Source: Octopus vulgaris (lineage: Eukaryota). From it: a stretch of DNA of 64,000 bases. Positions 1 through 12,520 of this stretch are shown here, piece after piece; positions within the stretch are counted from its first letter, which is position 1; each line of letters begins with the position of its first letter. The position numbers were made by a program, and so were the translations under genes. The DNA lies in NCBI GenBank assembly GCA_951406725.2, contig OX597815.1, positions 208,878,001 to 208,942,000 on the forward strand, written 5' to 3'. A model generated the notes under the pieces. That model did not search any database. It saw only the letters and a list, made by a program, of their open reading frames with translations, and was not told the origin of the DNA.

Positions 1-660
1 AAAAAAGTTCATAATTGTTTCTTACTGGTCTCAACAGAATCCATGTTGTTGTTTTTAGCTGTCTTAAGTGTCCGAATGACCAGTGGCTGAAATGGCAGTG
101 GCAGCAGTGACTGTTGGTCGTAGTAGTAGTAACTGTGGTGGTGGTTGGGGTTGCAGCAGCTCATTGGTTGTTGCAGCAGCAGCAGTTGTGGAGGACTGTT
201 GATCGTAGTAGTAATAGTAGTGACCATGGTGTTTGTAGTAGTAGTAGCAGCAGTTGTAGTGATCGTGGTGGTAGTAGTAGAATTCCCTTTTTCTTTTCGG
301 AAGACCAATGTATTGTTTTAATATTACTGGCCCAGGGTGTTCAAACTTGGTCCGAATTTTGTAATGAAATAAAGTTCTTTATTTTGGCGTTGAGTGAAGG
401 TTACGCAGTCACTGAATTTGTAAAGTGGGCAAGTTGTGAATTTGGGATTTTTATGTCATCATGGTCAAGTGTCTTCTGTTATAGCCTCAGGATGACCAAA
501 TTCTGGAGTGAATCTGGTTGGCAGAAACTAAACAGAAGCTTGTTGTGTGTGCGTCTGTGTGTGTTATTTCCTCTTTTCCTTGACATCCTGTGATAGTTGT
601 ATCACTGTCAAGCAAGTGGTGTCCTTCGTTTTTAGTCTTCCTAGACGTGTGTGGTGATGG

Positions 661-1070
661 GAAGGAGTGGCTGTGTGGTAAGTAGCTTGCTAACCAACCA
701 CATGGTTCCAGGTTCAGTCCCACTGCGTGGCATCTTGGGCAAGTCTCTTCTGCTATAGCCCCGGGCCAACCAATGCCTTGTGAGTGGATTTGGCAGACGG
801 AAACTGAAAGAAGCCTGTCGTATATATGTATATATATATGTATATAAATATATATATGTGTGTGTGTGTGTATGTGTCTGTGTTTGTCCCCGTAGCATTG
901 CTTGACAACCGATGCTGGTGTGTTTACATCCCCGTCACTTAGCGGTTTGGCAAAAGAGACCGATAGAATAAGTACTGGGCTTACAAAGAATTAGTCCCGG
1001 GGTCGATTTGCTCGACTAAAGGTGGTGCTCCAGCATGGCCACTGTCAAATGACTGAAACAAATAAAAGAG
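661..1070 (+). mobile_element. SINE family A (tRNA-derived head, CORE-like segment, internal TA/TG microsatellite, CR1-like 3' tail)
   Basis: Box A-like tggctgtgtgg, box B-like ggttcagtcc, cttgggcaagt, internal (TA)n(TG)n, tail ggtgctccagcatggcc...aaatgactgaaaca...aaaagag; many near-identical copies in window. Confidence 0.9.
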
Positions 1071-1784
1071 TACTCAGAAAAAGACAAGCATAAGCGACAG
1101 GAAGGGCATTTGGCCATAGAAAATCTGCCTCCACGTGACCTATGCAAGCACGAAACCACGCATGCTTAAATACGGATGATTATACTTTCTCTCAAGTGTA
1201 CATGTATCCATTTGTTTCTAGTCTTGTACCTATACTTGTCACTCAAAAATCTCATAAATATTTCTGAAAAAACAAACAAAGCCAGCCATTTTTTCTTTTC
1301 CTTTTCTGTTTTTTTTTTTCTGTTTTTTTTTTCTTTCTGTTTTTTTCTCTGTACAAATTGTTTATTTGAAATCTCTATGAAGTTTATTTTTTTTTTGTGA
1401 TTGGTGGGTGCATGTATTTAAAACTACGAAGGCATAGAAGTGCGTGTAAGTGAAAAGTGTCTATATAAAAGTACATTTATTTAATGGTGATGTTCGCTTT
1501 GCTGTTAGCTGCTATGAGAAAAAAAACTGAATAAAAAAAAATGTTTAGTGTAGTAACAATCTTGTTGATTGCAACTGCAGGGTCTGCGACGTTAGTTTGA
1601 ATAATACCTTGTTAAGTTCTGCTATCCCTTTTGGTCACATGTGATAATTTTCTATTCTGTTCTTTTCTGTTTTGGAACTTTTGAAATTTGATTTTCTTTA
1701 CCTCAGCTTTTAACTTTACTAGATTCTTTAAAAAAGAAGTTTTGTTTCATGCTGTGTGATGCAGTTCTTTGATTATAATTCCAT

Positions 1785-1873
1785 TATATATATATATATA
1801 TATATGTATGTATACACACATAGATAGGTGTATGTATGTATACACACACACACATATATATATATACATACAC

Positions 1874-1908
<35 letters not shown>

Positions 1909-1960
1909 CAAACATGCATACATATTTTATTTTTATGTATATATATAAATTATAAATATA
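1785..1960. repeat. Compound (TA)n/(CA)n microsatellite
   Basis: Directly visible dinucleotide runs. Confidence 0.9.
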
Positions 1961-2426
1961 TAAAGATTTTTTTTTACTGTTCTTTTTCTTTAACTTTTTG
2001 ATCATCTTTTATGTAAAATTATTTACATATACATATAAAACACATTATTTAACTTTCTTTGGAAACAAAAAAAAACCCGCATATTTGCTGATTCAGATTC
2101 TAGTTTCACTTTCATTTTGACATGTGCACTTACATCTATGAAGACAAACGAATATGTGGAATAACATTGAGTGCAGTTTCAAATGTTATGTTATCTCTGC
2201 TCCTTGTTTGTACTAATTTCTTTACATGACAGTCTAGTACAACTATGTAGCTCTTCAATGAAACTTATTGGAGTTTAGGGAGCCAGTGTTGCAGTGGTGA
2301 CATTCATGTCTTTTCAAGAGCATTAACTGAATAAGTTCAACACACAAAGCAGGAATTAAATTTGGGTCATTGATTTTGTTTTCAAAATGTTTATGACCTC
2401 CACTATATTCCCTGCTTATTCCTTTA

Positions 2427-2675
2427 TTGCCAGTACCGCCTGACTGGCCCCCGTGCTGGTGGCACGTAAAAGCACCCACTACACTCTCGGAGTGGTTGGC
2501 GTTAGGAAGGGCGTCCAGCTGTAGAAACTCTGCCAGATCAAGACTGGAGCCTGGTGCAGCCATCTGGTTCACCAGCCCTCAGTCAAACCGTCCAACCCAT
2601 GCTAGCATGGAAAGTGGACGTTAAACGATGATGATGATAATGATGATGATGATGATGGTGGTGATGATGATGATT
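2427..2675 (+). mobile_element. SINE family C (RTE-related, (GAT)n tail)
   Basis: ggtggcacgtaaaagcaccc...ggcgttaggaagggc.tccagc...aacccatgctagcatggaaa..ggacgttaaacgatgatgat; multiple copies in window. Confidence 0.85.
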
Positions 2676-3180
2676 GAACTGCTCACTGATTCATCTAAAT
2701 TTCTATTGTATTAGCATTATTTAAGGTGGTGAGCTGGCAGAATCATTAGTATCATCCATCATTTTGAATCCGGGTTTTGTCCTCATTAATGGGGGTGGCT
2801 GGATCTACCTCAATGCCAAAGCAACCACCCTCACCCCACCTCACCATGTTGCCAAGTTTTAGGCAACCCTCCCAATCTCCTCCTCCGCCTGCCCCTTCCA
2901 CATTTTCCTTGGCATGCCAAGCAAAATGCTTTGCAGTATTTTATGCCTGTATCTTCTGAGTTCAAATTCTGCTAAGGTGGACTTTGCTTTTCATCCTTTT
3001 GGGGTCAGTAGAATAAGTACCGGCTGGGCACTGGCGTCAGTGTAATTGTGCAGATATATGCACACATAAAGATTCAAAATTACAAAGAACATCTCAACCA
3101 ATCCTAAATCATTCTCTTTCCAAAACCCAAGAAAATGAATTCAACTCCAGATTTTTTTTGACCAACTTACACACATATAT

Positions 3181-3570
3181 TGGCTTTGGAAGCACTCCGT
3201 CGGTTACGACGATGAGGGTTCCGGTTGATCCGAATCAACGGAACAGCCTGCTCGTGAAATTAACGTGTAAGTGGCTGAGCACTCCACAGACACGTGCACC
3301 CTTAACGTAGTTCTCGGGGATATTCAGCGTGACACAGAGAGTGACAAGGCCGGCCCTTTGAAATACAGGTACAAGAGAAACAGGAAGTAAGAGTGAGAGA
3401 AAGTTGTGGTGAAAGAGTACAGCAGGGATCACCACCATCCCCTGCCGGAGCCTCGTGGAGCTTTTAGGTGTTTTCGCTCAATAAACACTCACAACGCCCG
3501 GTCTGGGAATCGAAACCGCGATCCTATGACCGCGAGTCCGCTGCCCTAACCACTTGGCCATTGCGCCTCC
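3181..3570 (-). mobile_element. Young tRNA(Arg)-like SINE with 12-bp TSD
   Basis: Minus strand starts ggaggcgcaatggccaagtggttagggcagcggactcgcggtc...ggtttcgattccc (box A, TCG anticodon-like loop, box B); CpGs intact; flanked by acacacatatat at 3169-3180 and 3571-3582. Confidence 0.88.
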
Positions 3571-3652
3571 ACACACATATATAAAGGTACATATAAACAT
3601 ACATACATATATAAAAGGTATACATTTTTTATAAGAAAGGGACAAAAGCACC

Positions 3653-3985
3653 GAAGGTGCATGGTTTACTGGTTGGGCTCACAATGAATAGGTACTGAAT
3701 TTGATTCCTAGACCAGGCTGTGTGTTGTGTTCTTGAGCAAGACACTTTATCCCACATCGTTCTAGTTTACTCAGCTGTAGAAATGAGTTGCAACATCACT
3801 GGGGTCAAGGTGTAACGGTCTTTGCCTTTCCCTTCTCCTGTCTCCACACCCTTTTGTGGAGACAGGAGGCTGGTATGCATGGGCGACTGCCGGTCTCCCA
3901 GAAACAACTTTGCCAGGAGTTGGGCCTCAGAACGGATGTTTCTTGGTGCAATCCCATGGTCATTCATGACGAAAGGGGAATTTTA
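3653..3985 (+). mobile_element. Degenerate tRNA/CORE-like SINE
   Basis: gttgtgttcttgagcaagacacttta...actcagctgtagaaatgagt CORE-like segment after a decayed tRNA head. Confidence 0.55.
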
Positions 3986-4226
3986 CCCTTTGCCCTTATG
4001 CAGAGAGGCATTTGTATTTACCTGCCCCTACAGTTGGTTCATTTAGAACCCTGCAACTCAGTAATTTGTCATAAGTGACTGATTTCCATCATAAGTTCTT
4101 TATTTAAGAAATAAGTACTGGAGGCAATATGCATGAGTAAACTCTGCAATGCAATGCTTCAGCATGGCTGCAGTCCAATGACTGAAACCAGTTAACAATA
4201 AAAAGGTAACACCACAAAGTTTTCTT

Positions 4227-4463
4227 TTAACCCTTTAAGCATTCAGATTACTCTGTCAAATATGGTGCTTACTTATTTACATTCATTGGAAATTATCATG
4301 CATTAATTATCTCATAACTTCAAGATTTCAATAGTATTATTCTATATTCTTAAAATGACATGGTAGAGTATATGTGTGTAAGTGACTGGATCTGGTTGAT
4401 TTGAACATAAAACAGATAGCCTATTTGGGCTGGATATGGCCAGTTTAAATGCTAAAGTGTTAA
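4227..4463. mobile_element. piggyBac-type MITE family D
   Basis: TTAA|ccctttaagcatt...aatgctaaagtg|TTAA; related copies at ~9440-9665, ~10459-10800, 18876-19086, 29314-29937, 63651-63883. Confidence 0.7.
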
Positions 4464-4605
4464 GCTTAATAATCCAATTAATTCAATTTGCAGTATGTAC
4501 CTTGTATAATGTAAAGCCTTGTGTTTATCTGAGGAAATGAACTCCCAAATTAAAATTGCCTAGTAGATTGTTGTTCATTATGTATGCAGTGTCTAGTGAT
4601 TTTGT

Positions 4606-4888
4606 CATCATCATCATCATCATCGTTTAACGTTCGCTTTCCATGCTAGCATGGTTGGATGGTTCGACCGGGGATCTGTGAAGCCAGAAGGCTGCACCAG
4701 GCTCCAGTCTTATCTGGCAATGTTTCTACAACTGGATGCCCTTCCTAACGCCAACCACTCCGTGAGTGTAGTGGGTGCTTTTTACGTGCCACCGACACAG
4801 GTGCCAGACGGGGCTGGCAAACGGCCACGGTCGGATGGTGCTTTTTATGTGCCACCGGCACGGGGGCCAGGCGAGACTGGCAACAGCC
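4606..4888 (-). mobile_element. SINE family C
   Basis: (CAT)n tail at left, reverse complement of family C body with two internal subrepeats. Confidence 0.85.
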
Positions 4889-5605
4889 ACTCCTATAACA
4901 CTTAAAACAAAACATTAACAGCATCAAACTCCCTGACCTGGGGGAGGGCCTAGAAAGGATATGGGCACATCCTTTTCCCCCAGACACAGCAAGTTTTTAA
5001 AAAAAAAGAGGACCTCAGATGACTTTTACTATCACATGTATAACAACTGGGTCTTCTGCCATCCCATTCATCTCTTTTCTTATCACACTTGCGATAAGAA
5101 AAGAGATGAATGTATAATGTATAATGTAAAGCCTTGTATTTATCTGAGGAAATGAACTCTCAAATTAAACTTGCCAAGTAGATTGTTGTTCATTATGTAT
5201 GCAGTGTTTAGTGATTTCGTGTGGATCCCAAACTTTTCTCTTCATCTTAATTTGTTTTAAAACATTTTGATTGATATCTTCATTGATATAAGTTATTTAG
5301 TAATGATCAGAGATGACACTAGGAAAGGGTATCACAAAGAAGACTAAGATAAAAGATGACAGCTCGAAAATTAAGCCATTAATACGTAACTGTAGGTTTT
5401 GACTTGTGTTGTATAAAATAATTAGTACCCTGATAGAAGTCGGATTTCTCTTTTCTGTTGTTATGCAACATTTTTAGTTCCTTTTAGTGACATTTTTGAT
5501 ATTGTGGATAATTTTATAGGTCTTTGTGACTTTTCTGATTATCATCAGCTCTGAATTCAGGGAAAGTGAAACACATCATGCAAGTCCTTATTGGAGTAGC
5601 ATGGA

Positions 5606-5849
5606 CAGTGCTGGATTAACCATTAAGCAAAATAAACACATGCTTAGGGTATCAAGGGAAGAAGGGAGCACCATAGAAGTGGTAAATGATTCACAGCACA
5701 AAAAAAAAAAAAAAACTCACTTTAAACTTGCTAAAGTAATTTTCGGTATGCCTTTATCTCTACTAAGTATAGATGCAGATGTGTTACCTACAATTAATTT
5801 TGAGGATCTGATCAAAGACTTTGCTATTCAAGAAAGTAGGAGGAAACTA
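5606..5849 (+). mobile_element. hAT transposon remnant (TIR plus transposase C-terminal fragment)
   Basis: Begins cagtgctggattaacc (hAT-like CAG terminus); encodes LSLLSIDADVLPTINFEDLIKDFAIQESRRKL, resembling the hAT C-terminal dimerisation region; cut off by a family C SINE. Confidence 0.6.
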
Positions 5850-6125
5850 CAGTCTGATCTGGCAGAGTTTCTACAGCTGGATGCTCTCCTTCCTAACACC
5901 AACCACTCTGTGAGTGTAGTGGGTGCTTTTTCCGTGCCACTGGCACAGGGGCCAGAGGAGGCTGGCAACGTCCACGATCGGTTGGTGCTTTTTACGTGCC
6001 ACCGGCACAGATGCCAGTCAGGGCGGCGCTAGCATTGGTCATGTTCGGATGGTGTTTTTTATGTTCCACCAGCATGGGTATCACCATGACAATTTCCATT
6101 GATTTTTATTTTGATGTTGATGTAC

Positions 6126-6127
<2 letters not shown>
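5850..6127 (-). mobile_element. SINE family C (3'-truncated)
   Basis: ctgatctggcagagtttctacagctggatgc...gtgctttttacgtgccaccggcac subrepeats. Confidence 0.8.
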
Positions 6128-6177
<50 letters not shown>

Positions 6178-6340
6178 GATAGATAGATAGATAGATATAT
6201 CTATATAGATATATATATTGTATACACACACAAACCCATGTATAATATACATAGAGATACATATTTTTATATATGTGTATATATACCCGTGTATATGTAC
6301 GCACACATACATATATATATATGTGTCTTAAAAAGTGAGC

Positions 6341-6522
6341 GGGTGGCACGTAAAGCACCCACTACACTCACGGGAAGAAGGCATCCAGCCATAGAAACAC
6401 TGCCAGATTTGACTGGGCCTGATGAAGCCTTCTGGCTTCACAGACCCCAGTAGAACCGTCCAACCCATGCTAGCATGGTAAACGGACGCTAAACGATGAT
6501 GATGATGATGATGATGATGATG
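6341..6522 (+). mobile_element. SINE family C, 5'-truncated, flanked by a ~190-210 bp direct duplication
   Basis: ggtggcacgtaaagcaccc...gctaaac(gat)n; flanks 6130-6339 and 6523-6711 match apart from microsatellite length. Confidence 0.85.
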
Positions 6523-6555
<33 letters not shown>

Positions 6556-7327
6556 GATAGATAGATATATCTATATAGATATATATATTGTATACACACA
6601 CAAACCCATGTATAATATACATAGAGATACATATTTTTATATATGTGTATATATACCCGTGTATATGTACGCACACATACATATATATATATATGTGTCT
6701 TAAAAAGTGAGGGGAATGGTGCAGAGGACTGAGTGAGTGAGAGAAATAAAAAAAAGGTGTTCGAATGTGTGTGAAGCTTTTCATTTCATGAAAGTGAGTT
6801 GTTTCAGTGTAGACTGGATTAATGAAGATAAGAGTTTGAAGAGACAGCTTCAAGGTTTTGTCTGAAATCTTTCTTTGTGAACCCAGCAGAACCACATAAG
6901 AAAGCTATATAAATTTCCATAACTTGATATCGAGGATTATCGAATCCCCCCCCCCCATAACAATGAGATTTACTATAAAGTAACATTTTTTGAATATTTT
7001 ATTTATTTATTTTTCGATTTGTTTATTTTGTTAGTCAGTCGATTGAGTCAATTATGATGTAAATAATCACCACCCAGAGGCAGCTACCAACCATAATTTT
7101 AATTGTATATTTTTTTCATTTTGTTTTGGACAAAAGAAGTGTTGTTTCCAAAACTCAAGTACAATTTAAAAACATTAATGGGAATATTGATTTTGTTTCT
7201 TCTTTGTTTTATATTTTCCTAAAGTGCATTGATGTAAATTAATCAGATGTCCATGAAGATTAAGAAGAAGCAGAAGAAAAATAAAGGGGGATAGCATCTA
7301 AAGTTCATTGGACATATTTTCATCATA

Positions 7328-7728
7328 GGTGCAGGAGTGGCTGTGTGGTAAGTAGCTTGCTAAACAACCACATGGTTCCGGGTTCAGTCCCACTGCGTGG
7401 CATCTTGGGCAAGTGTCTTCTGCTATAGCCCCCGACCAATGCCTTGTGAGTGGATTTGGTAGAAGGAAACTGAAAGAAGCCTGTCGTATATATGTATATA
7501 TATATATGGATGTGTGTGTGTGTGTTTGTGTGTCTGTGTTTGTCCCCCTAGCATTGCTTGACAACCAATGCTTGTGTGTTTACGTCCCCGTCACTTAGCA
7601 GTTTGGCAAAAGAGACCGATAGAATAAGTACTGGGCTTACAAAGAATAAGTCCCGGGTCGATTTTCTCGACTAAAGGCGGTGCTCCAGCATGGCCGCAGT
7701 CAAATGACTGAAACAAGTAAAAGAGAGT
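7328..7728 (+). mobile_element. SINE family A
   Basis: Full-length match to the family A pattern. Confidence 0.9.
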
Positions 7729-7984
7729 AAGTATTTCTTTCCTGACTACATTTTCATTTATGAACTGAAAAATCAGATTGTGTGACATTCCTTTATCTAA
7801 AGAAATATAAAACAAAGGGTTTAATATTTGTAGTGTTAGTAATAGGGAGTAAAATATATTTTGCATATAACCGAATTATTATTGCTCGTTGTTTTGTTTG
7901 AAAAGTCTTTGACTTATCACATTTATTTTTCTCTATTTATATGCCTAACAGATAAGGTAGCTTTGTGAGTGTTCATAATTTCTC

Positions 7985-8193
7985 TTTCTCTTTTACTTGT
8001 TTCAGTCATTTGACTGCGGCCATACTAGGGCATCACCTTTAGTCAAGCAAATTGACCCTGGGACTTATTCTTTGTAAGCCTAGTACTTATTCTATCAGTC
8101 TCTTTTGCCTAACAGCTAAGTTATGGGGATGTAAACACACCAGCATCGGTTATCAAGTCATTTTGGGGACGACAAACACAGACACACAAACAC

Positions 8194-8246
<53 letters not shown>

Positions 8247-8415
8247 TATATGACAGGCTTCTTTCAGTTTCCGTCTACCAAATCCACTCACAAAGCATTG
8301 GTCGGCCCGAGGTTATCATAGAAGACACTTGCCCAAGGTGCCACGCAGTGGGACTGAACCCAGAGCCATGTGGTTGGTAAGCAAGCTACTTACCACACAG
8401 CCACTCCTGCGCCTA
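7985..8415 (-). mobile_element. SINE family A
   Basis: Full-length reverse-complement copy. Confidence 0.9.
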
Positions 8416-9177
8416 TTTTGTCTTTTCTTTTTTTTTCTTTTTTTGCTTTTAATAGATAGTATGGCACATCGCTAAAACTGATATATAGTTATTATGGCAA
8501 CTTGGTTCACGTAAAATATTTGCCTTAACATATATTTTCTATATTTATAAAGCTGACATAACGTACTTTTGTAGGTGTTCAAAAGTTATTGACATTTTTG
8601 TTGTTAATAGAGAGTTAAGAGCAGCCAAGTACCACTCAGAATCTTATGATATAATTGGATTGTTATGGCAAGCTCATCCACTTAGATTATTTGCTCATAT
8701 AGCTTCTATACTTATGAAGCTGACATAATATACCTTTCTAGGTGTCTTTTTATTTTCACTAGATAGCTGTTAGTTTTTTGGGAGTTTTTTATGGACAGTT
8801 GGTAGCAGTCCTGCACAATTTTGATGCTGATGGTGTGGCAGTGTTTTCTAGGGTTTTTCTATCAATTTTATGAACTCGGTTTTAATAAAGAGTTATAGGC
8901 TGAATTCACCTGTTGAGTTATTCTAAGAAAATTATCTCTCCTCAGCAAAAAATACCATCTGTGGGGTTGTTGGTGTTAGGAAGAGCATCCAGCCATACCA
9001 AAACAGACACAAACGTCTGGTGCAGTTTTCTGCCTGGCAAGATCCTGTCAAACTCTTCAACCCATGCCAGCATGGAAGGCAGACATTAAACAATGATGAT
9101 GAAGATCTGAACTCATGTATACAAACACGAGTCAAAATCTTAGCCTCATTGCTAGCTTGTCACAACCACTTTAGTAG

Positions 9178-9438
9178 CCGTTCAAGAATTTGGACCTGGA
9201 GATCTCCATTTCCAGCGACTTTGAGGGCCACCTCCCAGTGGTGTTGGGCTATCATAGAAGACACTTCCCCAAAGCGCCACGCAGTGGGACTGAACCCAGA
9301 GCCATGTGGTTGGTAAGCCCTCGACTACAACAAGACGACCAAAGTTGTTTTTTTTCCCAAGGTCTGGGGTCTCCCGCCCCTAAGCCTCAGACTATCACCT
9401 TATCACCCTTACCCATCTCGTTGCTTAACAACAGCAAC
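9178..9438 (+). mobile_element. Short repeat with (AAC)n tail (probable LINE 3' end), interrupted by a SINE A fragment
   Basis: Homologous to 32727-32945 on the opposite strand; ends gttgcttaacaacagcaac. Confidence 0.6.
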
Positions 9439-10490
9439 ACACCCTTTAGTATTTAAACTGGTCATATCCAGCCCAAATATTCTACCTCTGGTATATTAAA
9501 ATTGACCACGGCTGGTGTCTCACAACAACCCAGCACTGTCATTTTAAAAATAAATCATTAGAACATCAAAATCTCAAAGCTTCAAGATAATACAAGATTA
9601 ATTCAAACGAATCTAAATAAATAAGCATTACATTTGACAAAGTAATCTGAATGTTAAAAGTTTAAGATTTAACATACTCAACACCAATTTTCAATTCAAA
9701 CTGTGATATTTGACTTTCCAAAACTCTCTTATTTTCCTTCATAGCAATGCAATTTGTCTGTCAGGTAATACAGAACTTTAATATTAACATCTAAACAGTG
9801 TGTCTCATGGACATATAGGGGGGAACTATGTGATGTTTTGTGATATAACCATTATTTTAGAGTAGTTGTTTAAATTAGGAAATGTTATTGATTTCTCTGT
9901 TAATAAACCCAGCCAATACAGAATGGTTTTGTTTTTATTTCTGTGGAATTTTTTTCTGAGTATTTTGTAATTTTCTATTTATATATGAACGCTATTCTAC
10001 GTTATTCAGTAAAATGTTTCTGCTTTCAAATGCATACACAGGAAATATAAATTTAGAAGCCTGATCAGAATCTGATGATAAATCATTTTATAATCCATAA
10101 TTTCAAATAGTTCTAGTGAAAAGCATTTCATAAATTTATTATGATGTTTAACGTTCACTATTTCATTGATTAATCCTGTATATCATCCATTCTGATAGAA
10201 GTGGGAATGTAAAACCTTACTTCTCTACATTTCATTTTGAATGGTGTTGAAGGGAGGAAACAACATCTTGCATCCCTTGAATATTTGTTTGTATTGAGAG
10301 AAAAATTAATTCAGTATTACACTATGTACTGTGAGGGTTGCTTTTGAAGGATCATGTAAAGGATTACAATATTTTAATTTATTTGTCTAAGTATTTTACA
10401 TTGTGTTTGTAATGGCATGCATTTTTTATGAATTTGAACAAGAATGAGTAGTATTTCTGACCCTTTGGCATTTTAACCAGTCATATTTTA

Positions 10491-10670
10491 CGGTGGCACG
10501 TAAAAAGCACCCACTACACTCACAGAGTGGTTGGCGTTAGGAAGGGCATCCAGCCGTAGAAACATTGCCAGATCAGACTGGGCCTGGTGCAGCCTTCGGG
10601 CTTCCCAGACCCCAGTTGAACTGTCCAACCCATGCTAGCATGGAAAGCGGACGCTAAATGATGATGATGA
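10491..10670 (+). mobile_element. SINE family C nested in a family D MITE
   Basis: Family C body and (GAT)n tail; MITE sequence on both sides. Confidence 0.8.
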
Positions 10671-10814
10671 TATCTGACCCAAATATTCTAGCATTTTTAT
10701 GTCAAAAAGGACAAGATCCAGCCTCTCACACCTGCTCTACACTGTCATCCTTAAAAATAAACAATCAGATTATCAAAATCTCACACTGACAGAATAATGT
10801 ATGGTTTGGCAAAA

Positions 10815-11030
10815 TTATGGTTTCAAATTTTGCCACAAGGGCAGCAGTTTGGGGGAGGAATTTAGTCGGTTACATCAGCCGCAGTGTTTAACTGGTACTT
10901 ATTTTATCGACCCTGACAGGATGAAAGGCAAAGTCGCCTTGGTGGAATCTGAACTCAGAATGTAAAGACGGACAAAATACCGCCAAGCATTTTGCCTGAT
11001 GTGATAACGATTCCGCCATTTTCTCACCTA
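10815..11030 (-). mobile_element. SINE family B, degenerate
   Basis: actggtacttattttatcgaccc..aggatgaaaggcaaagtcg..gaactcagaa. Confidence 0.7.
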
Positions 11031-11539
11031 ATGCAAAATTATGTGAATAAGTATGCATTACATTTGGCAGGTGTAATTTTTAAAATGTAATTAATCAAAA
11101 TTATTAAAATTACCCTTGCAAATTTGCTGTTTTGTGACTGCTACACTCAACTTACCTTAATTCTTTTGCATACCTTTTCCTCTGTGTATTTATGTGTGCG
11201 TTTGTGGGTTTTCTCATGGAAAGACTAAGAATTTTAATACAGGTAATATTAAATAGACATTTCATGATATCATCTGAAACCTTTTCGTAAGAAACAAACA
11301 TGACCACATATTAAACCATATGAGTTTCCATAATTAAATTTCTTGAGTAATCCAATTGAATTTTATTAATAACAATTGATAACTAATGATGAGATTAAAT
11401 TATGATGATGATTGTTTTTTTTTTTTATAGTTATAAATTTGTGCTTATCTTCATCTAATTTATGAAATTAAATTCTCTAATAATTTTATGCAAATTTTTG
11501 AGAGTTAGGATTATGTATGTAGGCATGATTTAGAAGCTT

Positions 11540-11802
11540 CCGTGCCGGTGGCACGTAAAATACACCAATCCGACCGTGGCCGTTGCCAGCCTCGCCTGGC
11601 ACCTGTGCAGGTGGCACGTAAAAAGCACCCACTACACTCACGGAGTGGTTGGCGTTAGGAAGGGCATCCAGCCGTAGAAACATTGCCAGATAAGACTGGA
11701 GCCTGGTGCAGCCTTCTGGCTTCCCAGATCCCCGGTCGAACCGTCCAACCCATGCTAGCATGGAGAACGGACGCTAAACGATGATGATGATGATGATGAT
11801 GA
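11540..11802 (+). mobile_element. SINE family C
   Basis: Two gtggcacgtaaaa subrepeats, RTE-like body, (GAT)n tail. Confidence 0.88.
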
Positions 11803-12104
11803 CTTCATGCTTTCTATAGTATGTGGTCCTAGATTATTTATCTTTTACTTGTGTTTCAATCATTGGACAGCAGCAGTACTGAGGCATTTACCTTGAAAAG
11901 TTAACTCAAACTAATCATCCCCAGTACTTTTTTTGTTTTTAATGTTTGGCTGTACTTATTCTAATGGTCTCTTTTGCTGAACCACCAAGTTATGAGAATG
12001 TAAATAAACCAACACCTGTTGACAAGTGGTGGGCGACAAACCAAGGCACACACACATTTATGTCTTCCCGCATTCTTTTACCCACATGCACATACCTGCA
12101 CCTA

Positions 12105-12520
12105 TTTACTCTTTACTCTTTTACTTGTTTCAGTCATTTGACTGTGGCCATGCTGGAGCACCACCTTTAGTCGAGCAAATTGACCCCAGGGCTCATGTTT
12201 TGTAAGCCCAGTACTTATTCTATCGGTCTCTTTTGCTGAACCGCTAAGTTACGGGGACATAAACACACCAGCATCGGCTGTCAAGCAATGCTAGCTGGAC
12301 AATCACATACACACAAACAAATACACACACATGCACATGTATATACATATATACAATGGATTTCTTTCAGTTTCCGTCTACCAAATACACTCACAAGGCT
12401 TTGGTTGGCCCTAGGCTATAGTAGAAGACAATTGCCCAAGGTACCAGGCAGTGGGACTGAACCCGGAACCATGTGGTTGGTAAGCAAGCTACTTACCACA
12501 CAGCCACTCCTATGCCTATG
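12105..12520 (-). mobile_element. SINE family A
   Basis: Reverse-complement full-length copy with (ttttactc)n tail. Confidence 0.88.

Noticed and set aside
9-593. Overlapping 99 aa and 159 aa ORFs at the window start
   Set aside because: Built from (GTA)n/(GCA)n low-complexity sequence and a decayed SINE; no domain similarity
641-898. Recurring ~85 aa ORF (RQASFSFRLPNPLTRHW...) found many times
   Set aside because: Antisense translation of non-coding SINE A, not a gene family
1560-1600. LLIATAG as a possible helicase motif Ib exon
   Set aside because: Lacks TPGRL, stops within a few codons, no convincing splice sites
3495-3570. tRNA-Arg gene
   Set aside because: No proper acceptor stem or terminator; continues into a SINE body flanked by a TSD
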